Source: Octopus sinensis (taxonomy: Eukaryota). From it: DNA of 64,000 bases. The DNA lies in NCBI RefSeq assembly GCF_006345805.1, contig NC_043010.1, forward strand, positions 38,874,001 to 38,938,000. Reading direction: 5' to 3'. Positions 1-12,967 of the stretch are shown piece by piece. Positions within the stretch are counted from its first letter, which is position 1. Every line of letters starts with the position of its first letter. A model generated the notes under the pieces. That model searched no databases, had not been told where the DNA came from, and worked only from the letters and a program-made list of their open reading frames with translations. The position numbers and the translations under genes are program-made.

Positions 1-225
1 GCTAGTTTAATGGTTTTATTATTAATCTTAGCTATTAAAGTGGACATATTTGGGAGGGTTGAATAAGAAATCCTAACTGTTTTCCTAGATATAATTCTAT
101 GATATCTATGAGAGAGGGAGGGAAATTTTTTCCAGAATTACTTTGAATTTGTTCTGTATATCCGATTGTATCGCACAGTTGAAAGGAATATTCAGCCATA
201 ATATATCTTTTTTATTAAATTTAGG
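1..225 (-). mobile_element. Penelope-like retroelement relic (RT-thumb to GIY-YIG linker), frameshifted; probably extends to ~1200
   Basis: Minus-strand translation NKKDILWLNIPFNCAIQSDIQNKFKVILEK-(frameshift)-PSHRYHRIISRKTVRISYSTLPNMSTLIAKINNK resembles the IWFNPPF...KHFP..H.LHKIFNRNTVKVSYS.MPN linker I recognise from Penelope/Neptune-type elements. Confidence 0.7.
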
Positions 226-1257
226 GTTCGTAGAATTACTACTATTCATCTCACCGGAGTTATTGTATTTATTACCATTATTTTTATTTTATTTTATTTG
301 TGTGCATCTTAGGTTTATCTACTTCAATATTATCCGAGTTACCTCGGATAAATAAGTTAATTGGGAAATAGTTAGGAGAGCAATTCCGTATAAAAATAGT
401 AGGGTGGTTGCCAACTATGCTCCATGGAGACGTATGAAAATTCTAAAAATAGAAAACATAGAAACTTATTGAAAACCATATCGAACTAGGTCAAGTTTGT
501 GTCCACGCTAAATTGAAGACTTTAAAATATTTAAATGATTAGAATATTCGTAACTAGATAGATAGATATAACTTGATTTCTACTAGTATAGCACTGCTTT
601 AAGTAGATAACTAAGAGTTCTCACACTACAGTTATCTTTTCCTTATATCTGCATCAGTTTTTTGAGAACAGGGAAATGATAGTACTTATACGCTGCTTAA
701 TTGAGGCTTTATTTAATTTCAAACTCATAATTTTAAATTCTTAATTTTAAATCTTAATTGTAATTTTTAATTTTAATTCCTAACTTAATCTAATTTAAGT
801 AGCATAACTCTAATAAAATAAAATGAGTTACTATAGCCCCATAATTCTATTTCAAAATTAAAAAATAAGGCTACCCCCTCGGTGATAATATGATTATCTT
901 CATTATGATAGACAATCCCCTAACACCTTGTAAATGATCTTCTAAGATTTGACCAGTAGTCCGTCAATGTATGAATAATAACGGCAACTCCTTAAGACAA
1001 TAAATGAATAAATTAAATAAGTAAATTTAATGACTTTTGATAAGATTATACTTAGATTTTCCTATGTATTTTCTTTTGATTTTAGCATCTGACCCCTAAA
1101 CCCCTGACTGTGTTATCTCTTTAGATTCTCTTTAAATTCATAGCTGATTTCAACAGCAATAAAGTAGCTGTTTTACTGGTCAAAGAATAATATTCTCCTC
1201 TAGTTCCTAGATGCCTGTAAATTAAAACCAGACTTGCCGTCTACTAATTCTTGTATA

Positions 1258-1455
1258 ACTAGAACCCTCTTTTTTTCTTTTTCTTTTTTCCCTTCTTTCC
1301 CTATTTCTTTCTCTTTTCTTTTTTTTTTCTTTTCTTCTTCTTATTCTCTTTTCCTTTTCTCTTCTCTTTTAGTCCCCTTCCCCCCCTTTTTGCTCCCTCT
1401 CCTTTATTTTCTCTCTTTTCTTCTATTCCTTCCCTTTTCTATTCTTTGCCCTCTC
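1258..1455. repeat. Polypyrimidine (CT-rich) low-complexity tract
   Basis: ~200 bp of almost pure C/T on the + strand. Confidence 0.9.
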
Positions 1456-1550
1456 TAGAAAGCCCTTCAGCCTTTAAAAGTTAAATAGCTACAGCCTCTT
1501 GTAAATAGCAGTAATGTGATTAATGTGGCAAATACCTAATCATATAACAA

Positions 1551-1835
1551 GAATTGATACCTACCTCATTGTGTTCAACCATTGATAAATTTATCGCCTG
1601 TGAATATGAAATTCCTCTTCATTTCTCTGGAAATTTACATCTACACCACTGGAAATTGTGCATCTATACAAAGGATTAATTCACCTCTCTGTAATGCTAA
1701 TAAGAGGAATTGAGACCCACCTCGTTGTGATTAACAATGGATAAATTTGTCTTCTGTGAGTATGTAATCCCTCATCATATCTCTGGAAATTCATATGTGC
1801 ACTATGGATTAGGTCACCTTCTCTGTGATGCTATT
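1551..1835. repeat. Diverged tandem duplication, period ~156 bp
   Basis: gaattgatacctacctcattgtgttcaacc...ctctggaaatt at 1551 recurs as gaattgagacccacctcgttgtgattaac...ctctggaaatt at 1707. Confidence 0.75.
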
Positions 1836-2104
1836 AAAACTTTTTTAAAATTCTGTGATAAGACTGTACATCATCTTTAAAGAACTTTAATGAACTTTGG
1901 AAATCTGTTTATGTTACTTAATTATCTACATTACTTCATGAGTATAGCCTCAACCACTAGGATGTCTAGAGAACTCACATGTATTTTAGCTGATGAGTAC
2001 GGCACACGTTTATATGCTGTAATTTTTGCAACTTTTAATAAAGCCTGTCCTTGTATGAAACGATTGTACTAAAAACCTATCCATTCTTGTTGCTTCTTTC
2101 TCGC

Positions 2105-2109
2105 GTATA

Positions 2110-2174
<65 letters not shown>

Positions 2175-2278
2175 CTACGTGTGTATGTGTATGTGTGCAT
2201 GTATATATATTGTATATGTATATATATCTATATCTATATATCTAACTATCTATCTATTCATATATATATATATGTTTA

Positions 2279-2316
<38 letters not shown>
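2105..2316. repeat. (TA)n microsatellite complex
   Basis: Direct reading; similar tracts occur throughout the window. Confidence 0.95.
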
Positions 2317-2319
<3 letters not shown>

Positions 2320-3494
2320 AATGTTTTTCATTGTTGGTATTTATTTAACAATTCTTCAGTTTTTAATGGTAAAAATGTAAAAAGTAATATCTAAAATTTA
2401 GACTATAAAACTCGGTTCGCATTAAGAGTCATTCTTTGCCTTGTAATTGACTTCTGGTAAACCTTCATGGCAAACGACACACCGAATATTATTCCATATG
2501 AAAAGAACGTTCGAGAATTTGAATTTTTATAAAATCTTTGTTTTTTTCTTTAGATTCATAAAATATAAGAGCAAATACGAAAATAATAATGTATAAAACC
2601 GATATATGTTTCCTCACGGAAGAAATATTCTTTCACACTTGTTAAGTTTCAATATTTTGCTTGGTTAACTTCAAACCACACCCGATATGCAATAGAGTTA
2701 TTATAGTTTGTGATACCTTCCATAGTTTCTGCTCAAATAATTTACAAATATATGAATGGTGAGAAATATCTCCATACATTACTTCTAGTTATTCAGGGTG
2801 ACGGTGCTTTTCTTATCGGAACCACTATTGATAGAATTCATCCAATATTGTTTTCAATATATATTGACGAGGGAAATTATTATTAAATAAAAAATAATGT
2901 GATATGAGAGTCTCAAAATCAGTGGATAATATGATGGATATTAGATGATTGGATAAAAATCATGAAGAAATAAAATATATATTTGAATATAGAAACATGG
3001 TGTAAACGTTTTTGGAATATTTTGATAAATCGGCTGATATAATTTCTGTGTATCTAGCGCAAATCAACTGGGTGGATGGATTCCACCTCTTTCCAAGATA
3101 TTTCACACGTACAAATTCACTCGAATACAGCAAACCAAACAAGTAAATAGCATTCGATTGCATAATGTTACTAAACAACTGTAAGATTTTCTTAAACATT
3201 AATACTTACGACAATATGAATATGACATGGAGAAGTGTTAGGGGGTGGATGAGTACTGATTGATTATGTGCAGTTGATAATCATTAGCCATAATCAATCA
3301 GTCGAACAGTCTTAAGTTTGTGTTAAATGCAATATTGTTATATACCATATATCCGAGCAAAATCTACCAGCTTGAAGAATGTCCTCCATTAGTTCTTGAC
3401 AAATGGATTCAACCGCAAACTATCGAAATATAAGGTAGATCGCTGTTGAATTTTGCAGCATTATATTTCCACTGTGTATTGGATTGGATTTCAG

Positions 3495-3942
<448 letters not shown>

Positions 3943-4084
3943 TTTGTATTCCATGGACAAGGCAGGTGTTAGCGTGATACAGTATGTTAAAGTTGAACCC
4001 TTGGATTTCAGAAACAGTCCATGAGACGAAGGCTTACACACTTGCTGTTACACGGATCCAGAAAAACTAGCTTCATACAAGGAT

Positions 4085-4172
4085 ATAGTAAAGTGACTTG
4101 CTTAAGATACCACGCATTTAGGTCGAACTCGTAAGATCCTAATACCAAGGCCAATTATTTAACCATCCAGCC
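4085..4172 (-). mobile_element. Degenerate tRNA-headed SINE 5' fragment
   Basis: Reverse complement ggctggatggttaa...gagttcgacc...cttaagcaagtcacttta shows A/B-box-like head plus CORE-like gcaagtcacttta. Confidence 0.5.
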
Positions 4173-4812
4173 CGTTGTGTGTGTTTGGGTCAACAACCGA
4201 GAAATATGTGTTTCCTGTACGTGACAATTTACTTGTATGGCTTTAGTATGTTACTATGATGCAAGTGCTTCGATTATGGAGAAAAGTAACGTAGATATAA
4301 CTGCAAGATATGAACCATGGGTTGTCTATGCGAACGACTCCTTCATATTAGCTAGCTGTAATTAGAGCGATTGTTTAAAAACTGAAAAAAAAAAAAAAAT
4401 CCTCTAGAGATTGAAATTTTAATAGTCAGCAGCGATATAGAAGGGGAGAGAAAGTTAGAGTTGTGAATAAAGAAAGAAAAAGGAATATATTAAGAAACAG
4501 ATTTACCCAGTACTTGTTTTATAAATGCAAGAAAAATATGACGGCTCATTTCAAACTTAGAAGTGATAAGAAAGAGTATAGTGGAGTGTCAAAACGGTCT
4601 ACTTCAATTAAAAATTAACAGAAAATTTTGCCTCGCAGCTATCTCAGATTTTTCAAATGCGTTACCTTTCAATTGTGGCATTTTATTTTCGAAGTTAAGC
4701 CAGTTTTTTTAAAGAGTTTTGCTCATATATTAATTTATGTTGAATAGGAATTTCGTTCCATGACAGCAGAGGAATTTTGGTTTTACACAGCTTCATGCAA
4801 CAAAACCCCACC

Positions 4813-4814
<2 letters not shown>

Positions 4815-4895
<81 letters not shown>

Positions 4896-5217
4896 TTATA
4901 ATATACATTTAGGAGGGAGTTGCATAAATATGTGTAAAACCAAAATTACGATTATGACAAAATATATATATATGTATGTATATGTATGTATATGTATATA
5001 TATATGTGTGTGTATATATATAGTTATACACGAAAAGGAAATCATAGAGTGATATATATACATATATATAGATACACATATATATATACATATATATATA
5101 TATACATACATAAATACATATATGTATATATACATACATAAATACATATATATATATATATACACACATATATATGGACAGTTAAATCTTGCTACATCAG
5201 TACGCTTCAAAGATGTT

Positions 5218-5252
<35 letters not shown>

Positions 5253-5613
5253 GTATTTATGCATGTATGTACGTATGTACCCAGAAACAGTTGGTCTGTT
5301 GGTACTGCTAGTACCTAGGAGGAATTAGTACGTTTCTTTGTACAAAGTATATTTCGAACACAGGTCGTGTCTATAACCAGCTGGAAAAGATATTTTCCTG
5401 GGGTTAAAAGTTAGTAACATGGTCCTACGCAGGACTGCCACCTTACGTTGGGACATATTTATCTACATATATGTATATACACGTCAGTGTGTATGTATAT
5501 ATGTGTTTGTATGTGTGTGTATGCGCATGTGTGTGCATGTTTGGGTAAGTGTGGCGGTCAGTGTGTATATATATATACACACACGCACAGAAACACGCAC
5601 ACATACACACACA

Positions 5614-5664
<51 letters not shown>

Positions 5665-5800
5665 GTGTGTGTGGTACACACACATACACACACATATATA
5701 CACAAACACACACACAAACACACATACACACACATATACACAAACACACACACAAACACACATACACACACACATATATACATGTGTATATTATATGTAC

Positions 5801-5853
<53 letters not shown>

Positions 5854-5855
5854 TA
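4815..5855. repeat. Compound (TA)n/(CA)n/(TG)n microsatellite region
   Basis: Direct reading; short unique spacer at ~5280-5455. Confidence 0.9.
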
Positions 5856-8215
5856 CCGGAATAGCAGATGCGGAGTTACACATACCACAGTATGCTGTAC
5901 TACGGACCGACAGAAAAGAAAGGAGTCATGGAGGTGTTATATACATCCGTGAGGACCTCACACCCCAGGTCCTCTTGTCATACTCAAATCGGTGTGTGAC
6001 ACACTAATTGTACATATTAGGCAACTTGATGTAGTTGTGTGTGCTACATATCGCCCTCCAGATGCCCCAAGCCTTGTGGGCAAGTTTGAAGACTGCCTTA
6101 TAAAAATAGAAGAAGTTCTAACTACATTAGAACAACACATAAGTGTACTTCTTATGGGAGACTTCAATCTGCCCAATGTCAGATGGCCCGAGGGCCTTTC
6201 TCTCCCAGGAATGACAAGATGTGAACGAGGACAGGCGAGGTCCCTCCTGAACCTCATCAACACCCTGTACATGGAGCAGGTAATACTCCAACCAACCAGG
6301 GCAGGTAACACACTGGATCTTTCCATAATGTGAAAGTGACACCGACACTACTCTCGGATCACAACATGATAGAGCTGACCATGTACGGGCCAAAAGAGAG
6401 CACGGACATGCAGCCTACAAGAAACCCTCAGAATCTTTCCAGCTTGAATTACCATAAGGCAAACTGGAAACAAATTGAGAAAGAGATCCTCAAACAAAAC
6501 TGGCCTAAATGTCTCTCCTCGCCAGACATCGACGTGAAACTTCAACAATTCATGTCTGCAATGCAAGCCATATGCTACAAATGTGTCCCAGAGAGAAAGG
6601 CCACTGTAAACAAGAACAAAATCCCCAGAGAGAGGAAAATTTAATGAGACGGCGTACAACTTTTCAAATCGCCTAAACAAACAGATTGAAAGCAGTGAAA
6701 AGTCCCGCCTAAAGATAAAACTGTGGAAATCGAAAAATGTCTGCAACTCTCCCATGAAAAAGAAAGAGCAGACAAAGAAGCCTGGGCTATAGAAAACATA
6801 AAATCTAACCCACAGCTTTCTACAGGTATGCCAAAGAAACAGCTACGGTGCACTGTAGAATAGGGCCACTCCTCGAAAAGGATGGCACACTTACAGGAAA
6901 ACCAATGAGGGTAAGTGAAATACTGAATGAGCATTCAAGAGTGTTTTCACTCCACCCCTTGGCATCTCCAAATCACCAATCCAACTGACTTTTTTACCAC
7001 TGCAGATATAAAATCAGAGGCGGCGACGATAGATTACAACGATATAAAGGAAGACGATGTAATCAAGGCTATAGATGAATGAAAACAGCTCAGCTACTGG
7101 CCCCGATGGATTCCGGCAATCCTCCTAAAAGCATGTAAGAGAGTCCTAACAAGACACTGCAGTTCCTCTTTCAGAGCTTCCTTGCAGCTGGCAAACTTCC
7201 AAGAAAACTGAAGGAAGGTAAAATATGCCCCATTCATAAAGGAGGTAGCAGAGCGGAAGCCAAGAACTATAGACCTATCTCTCTGACCTCACACATCAGC
7301 AAGGTCATGGAACGAATAGTCAGAAGGAATCTGATCACCTTCCTTGAAGAGAATGACTTGCTGCCCGACACCCAAAATGGTTCCGACCAGGGGAAGAAGC
7401 TGTTTAATCAGCTCCTACAAACACTATGACTGGGTGCTGAAACGGCTGCCAACCACTCAAATGTGGAAGTGAGTGATATATCTCGACTTTGCAAAGGCCT
7501 TTGATAAAGTCGATCATGGAATGATATGTCACAAACTGCGTGATCTCAACATAGTTGGAAAGCTGGGAGAATGGCTTCATGACTTTCTGAAAGATAGAAG
7601 TCAGGTGGTAGTAGCCAATGGGGCCACTTCATTAAACACGCAAATAGTGAGCGGTGTTCCGCAGGCACTGTTCTGGGACCACTACTGTTCATAATGGCCC
7701 TCTCAGACATGCCCTCAGCCACGCAGAGAGCCACGATCACAAGTTATGCAGATGATACAAAGTTTCACAGGCAATACAGAACCCTGAGGACACTAAACAC
7801 CTGCAATGTGAGCTGGACAAATATACAAGTGGGCCGAAAAGAATAGCATGCAGTTCAATGCTGAAAAATTTCAAGCTCTATACTATCAGCATGCAAAACT
7901 AAATGCAATACCACATGAATACATGGACCCGGAGGAATAGCATCCCAGAGGAACAATCAGTGCGTGACCTAGGTATTTACATGAGTGATGACGCGACCTT
8001 TCGTGTACATGTTGCTAAATTGGAATGCAATGAAATGTAGACGACTGGCCGGATGGATCCTCAGAACCTTTAGAACAAGAGAACAAGAAACCATGATGGT
8101 CCTTTGGAGGACACTTGTCCTAAGCCACTTTGACTACTGCTCTCAGTTATGGTCACCATCCAGTGTCAAGTTGATCACAGAGCTCGAGGCGATCCAACGT
8201 AGCTACACGAAGAAG
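5856..8215 (+). mobile_element. CR1-type LINE ORF2 pseudogene (APE endonuclease + RT), truncated at both ends
   Basis: APE motifs YRPP, GDFN, PTR..N.LDL (ORF 5992); RT motifs YRPISLTSHISKVMERI, YLDFAKAFDKVDH (ORF 7473), GVPQ, SYADDT at ~7741; C-terminal HFDYCSQLWSP..LEAIQR; many stops and frameshifts. Confidence 0.93.
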
Positions 8216-8424
8216 AATTCTACAAAAAGAATTCTACAAAATTTTTTTCACCACCCTATATTGATTAATTATGAATTTTCTGGTTAATTCCGTAATGGAA
8301 TCGACGGTTATATAATTTGCTGCCGATAAATTTGGCGCGAGTGCGACGATTTGAAAATTTTAGGTCAGATATTGCCTTGGCAGTGTCGGAAATGCCTCGT
8401 GAAAATAATGTTCCGACTTGGCTA

Positions 8425-8526
8425 TTCTTGCTGAAGAATCTGAGGGCCTATGGAAGATTGGCTTGATTTATTTAATCAGGTTAGTTTACCATTAAAAAGC
8501 AGACGAAACGGTGCATCGTACAAGAA
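8425..8526 (+). ncRNA. Type I hammerhead ribozyme, monomer 1
   Basis: Stem I UUCUUG(8425-8430)/CAAGAA(8521-8526); CUGAAGA 8431-8437; stem II (A)UCUG/CAGA(C) closing a long hairpin; GAAA 8505-8508; stem III ACGG/UCGU with UGCA loop; GUA triplet, predicted cut after 8520. Only anomaly is A10.1-C11.1. Confidence 0.72.
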
Positions 8527-8910
8527 ATTAACAGGGTAAATGTTTTTTTAAATTTTCTCCTGTTACGGAATGATCTTTATTTGCGGTTGAAGCTTTGGCT
8601 GTTATTTCTAGTGGGTGAATGGCATATTATGGCCGTTCCTTGATTGTTGATGTTGAACTTAAAAATGGTCTATGACTATTTATTTTTTCTCACTAGGCCG
8701 CTGGTGGCAAAAGAATTCTACAAAATTTTTTTCACCACCCTATATTGATTAATTATGAATTTTCTGGTTAATTCCGTAATGGAACGACGGCTTATAGTTA
8801 TTTGCTGCCGATAAATTTGGCGCGAGTGCGACGATTTGAAAATTTTAGGTCAGATATTGCATGGCAGTGTCGGAAATGCCTCGTGAAAATATCTGTTCCG
8901 ACTTGGCTAT

Positions 8911-9012
8911 TTATTGCTGAAGAATCTGAGGGCCTATGGAAGATTGGCTTGATTAATTTATCAGGTTAGTTTAACCATTAAACAGCAGACGAAACGGTGC
9001 ATCGTACAAGAA
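8911..9012 (+). ncRNA. Type I hammerhead ribozyme, monomer 2
   Basis: Same fold: CUGAAGA 8917-8923, GAAAC from 8991, GUA 9004-9006, stem I UUAUUG/CAAGAA with one mismatch. Confidence 0.65.
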
Positions 9013-9296
9013 ATTACAGGGTAAATGTTTTTTTAAATTTTCTCTGTTTACGGAATTGATCTTTATTTGCGGTTGAGCTTTGAGCTGTTTATTTCTAGTG
9101 GGTGAATGGCCTATTATGGCCGTTCCTTGATTGTTGATGTGAACTTAAAAATGGTCTATGACTATTAATTTTTTCTCACTAGGCCGCTGGTGGCAAAAGA
9201 ATTCTACAAAATTTTTTTACCACCCTATATTGATTAAATATATATATATATATAATATATTATATATATATATATATAATATATATATATACGGAC

Positions 9297-9328
<32 letters not shown>

Positions 9329-9930
9329 GCACATGCACAATTACACGCTTCCACCTTCTCCCTTATGAGGTGTTGGAACCGATGCGTCGTAAAATCAAGC
9401 TGGTCGTACAGTGTGGATGTGGTGTGGAAGTGCACACGTGACGACGCATTTACTGACTTCTATATAAATAAATAGAAATCATCAGTAGACAAGCCAGATC
9501 CTGACAAACACATTTCCTTCTAATAATATTATGTTCTCATACGTTTCCGCCTCCCCCTTTTTTTCCTCTACTCTGAAAACCTTTCTCCTTTCTGTGCCTC
9601 ATGAATTTTGTAATAATCTTGCTGCAGATGTTGTTGTTTTCGTTGTCGTGTGCTCCTTTGTTGATGATTATACTGCTACTGTTGTTTTTGTTTTTTCTCT
9701 TCTTCTTCTTCTTTCTTTATCCTCCCTCTGTTTTTGGGTTAACCATTATCACGTGACTTGTCGTGGTTTCCTTCAATCTGATATATTTCCTCATAATAGT
9801 GTATGGACATGGCGTATGCTTAACCAGAAATTTTAATTGTTTTTCTTTCCTAGGTCTGTTTAAAATATTCCTACTGTTCTTAGGCCTAACTTACATAACA
9901 GCTGAACGGATCTTAGGTATATTATATATA

Positions 9931-10162
9931 TATTTCTTTACTACCCACAAGGGGCTAAACACAGAGGAGACAAACAAGGGCAGACAAAGGGATTAAGTCA
10001 ATTACATCGACCCCAGTGCGTAACTCGTACTTAATTTATCGACCCCGAAAGGATGAAAGGCAAAGTCGACCTCGGCGCAATTTGAACCCAGAACGTAACA
10101 GCAGACGAAATACGGCTACGCAATCGCCCGACGTGCTAACGTTTCTGCCAGCTCGCCGCCTA
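9931..10162 (-). mobile_element. Full-length tRNA-headed SINE (Meta/MESC-like core) with 17-bp TSD
   Basis: Core gaggtcgactttgcctttcatcctttcggggtcgataaattaagtac on the - strand; flanking direct repeat taggtatattatatata at 9914-9930 and 10163-10179. Confidence 0.9.
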
Positions 10163-10736
10163 TAGGTATATTATATATAATTGACCTATGTTCTTTATAC
10201 TCAGTGTAAAGAGTTTTCCTACGCTTCGTAACTCTGAAGTGATGCTCTCGCTTTCGGTATTCTGTATATATTTGACTTGTGGTTGTTGAGTGTATTATTG
10301 TATATCACTTTTGTAAAAACGCGTAGAGGAACTATTTCTATCAACAGTTGCATGACGGTGTTTTCTTGTAATTTCCTCCTAGCGTATCCAAAGTACATCC
10401 ACGTAAGTTATCCATATGTTTTGTACAAGCACACGAGTACCGGTCTCACAATCTTTGACCTGCATTTTAACTCTCATTTATCGACTTACATGTTTTTTTT
10501 CTTTAGGCCTACCTATTTAATATTAAACGGTCTTTTTCCGATGTTTTCACCACTGTATCACAGAGTTTAATTAATAGCAAGCTCTACTGTCACCTTAAGA
10601 AAGACTGGCGAAAACTATTTCAGCCTTACTTATCATACACTCTATATTTCGCCTGAAAATTTCTTCTAAATACATCCTGAGATTCTCTTAGATACGTTTA
10701 ATTAACTTAAATATATTAGCCTTACTTTTCGAATTA

Positions 10737-11060
10737 TGAAGGCGCATGGCTCAGAGGTTCGAGCGTCGAGATTACGATCGTAAGATTGTGAGTTCGAATC
10801 CCGGACCGGGCTGCGTGTTGTGTTCTTGAGCAAGACACTTTATTTCACGTTGGTTCAGTTCACTCACTTGTAGAAATGAGTTGCGACGTCACAGGCGCCA
10901 AGCTGTATCGGTCGTTGCCTTTCCCTTGGATAACACTGGTGCGTGCAGAGAGGAGGCCTTCCATAAACAACCCTGCCCGGACTTGTGCCTGGGAGGGTAA
11001 CCTTCTAGGTGCAATACCATGATCGGTCATGACCGAAGGCGGTCTCAATAAACAATAATA
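10737..11060 (+). mobile_element. Full-length tRNA-headed CORE-like SINE with 13-bp TSD
   Basis: A box ggctcagaggtt, B box gagttcgaatcc, CORE-like gtgttcttgagcaagacactttat, caata tail; TSD acttttcgaatta at 10724-10736 and 11061-11073. Confidence 0.9.
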
Positions 11061-11757
11061 ACTTTTCGAATTAATATTATTCGTCAATGTTTCCTTAGTT
11101 ACAATCTTAATTTCGTCTTTTACGCTTTTATTTCGTGATGTACATACTCAATTTCTTCTATGCTGCCTGTATAGAAAACTCTTATAAATATCTCCTTTAA
11201 CTTTTCCTTCTCTCAGTGACTGAAAACATTTACTGGCAATTGTTTCAGATGTTCGTGAGTCACATATTACCAGTCTAGGACAGCCGGTGAGCTACCACTG
11301 ACTATGAAACGTTAACATTGGTTAAATTTCCATTATAAATGCGGTCCTACAATACCGTTGTGCTTTCCTAAAGCCTGCATTACAGATTCATAACACTGAT
11401 CTCTTTGGTTTCGTAATTACAACCTTTGAAACTGGTGTTTGCCCAAATACCATCTCTCTCCTCTTTTCTCTCTCCCTCTTTCTATCATCCACACAGACGT
11501 ACGTAAATATACGCAACCATGCATACACAAACACATAATACATACACATACACACGATTTATGTTGTTGCCATTTTGGAACTCCTATGTGTCACTTCAAT
11601 GCAGACATTTCGGGTGTTTCCTCTTCACTAGATATTAACAGGAAATTAAAATATTAGTATATTATAATACTTAAGCATCTGCCAAGTGAGGTCACATGAA
11701 TTATAATTACAACTAAAATGGACGAACAGAATAGCAGGTGTATGTATGTGAATATAT

Positions 11758-11814
<57 letters not shown>

Positions 11815-12404
11815 ATATAGTGTATATATATAAAGAGAACAGTTTATTTCCACGTAGGAAAGAATATAGGAGACATAATTTTGGAGTTGCAAATAAAATT
11901 TCACATTAATAGAAAATAATATGAATTCAAAAGTCCAATGACTTTTATAACAATGCAATGATACATGATTGAGAGTTCAGTGGGTTTCAGTACAACAAGT
12001 TATATTCACGATTAGATACGGTGAGGTTTTAAAAAGTAAATTAAAGTTTTAAAAATGGTTTTGTACTCGTACAACCTCTATCGTAGTACATAAACGGGAA
12101 ATATTCGTTATTAATTTAACTAGTAAAACTGAATTGAATATATATATATATAATAAGAGTAAATAATAGCTTTAATGGTTTTTAAAAAAACAAAAAAATT
12201 ATTTACTGGTAGATTTCGGCATGTAAATATAACCATTAACAGTAGAAAAGTTCAATATATATTTTGTATATAAATAAAAAAAAGGCAGGGAACAGGTTGC
12301 TTAGCCACATACCGAAGAAATTAGAAATAGCAGTCAAAGACTGTTTATTTCTATTTTTGGTATGTGGCTAAGCAACCTATATATATATATATACATACAC
12401 ACAC

Positions 12405-12437
<33 letters not shown>

Positions 12438-12967
12438 CATATGTGGAAAACATAAAAAGTGGAAGACAAATGCCTTCGTTTCACAAAGTTAAATATTTTT
12501 TATAAGAATATCTTTTTATAAAGAACAGGCACTGGTTCTCCATTAACCAGATTTACAAGTGATTGATATTCGACTATTTACAGTATAAAACACACAGATG
12601 ACAACATATACTCCCCAGATACATGTTCACATATGCATTCATATGTGTGTGTGCGTGCTTTAGTGTGTGTTTGTATATGTTTCTTGCATTGTTGATTTAA
12701 AGAAATTTTAATAGTAACATCAGAAGATGGCCTGACGGAGACTAATTACTAAAAGCGTAATAAAATTTATTACGATAAAATTTATTACAAAAAAAAAGAA
12801 ACTAACAACATAAAGTGTAACTTAAAACCAACAAAAATATGGAGTTAAAGTTTCGCAGACGGATTATTTAATCAGTTGTAGTAAGGTTTTCTTTTTAGTG
12901 TTTATATATTGTCATCAGGAAGTGAAATACAGTTACTACCAAGATTCTGTATAAAAGCATAAATATT

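Larger units (their letters stand above)
8224..9238 (+). repeat. ~485-bp tandem repeat (2 monomers + ~44-bp terminal redundancy), hammerhead-bearing, retrozyme-like
   Basis: aaaagaattctacaaaattttttt(c)accaccctatattgattaa recurs with its G at 8229, 8713 and 9199 (periods 484 and 486); monomers differ mainly by 1-nt indels. Confidence 0.9.

Noticed and set aside
8690-8712. CTCF-like motif (tgccaccagcggcctagtg on the - strand) in the 485-bp repeat
   Set aside because: Two nt shorter than the canonical core spacing; resemblance too weak.
10737-10810. tRNA-like sequences (here and at other SINE heads)
   Set aside because: A/B boxes continue into SINE bodies without an acceptor stem; not tRNA genes.
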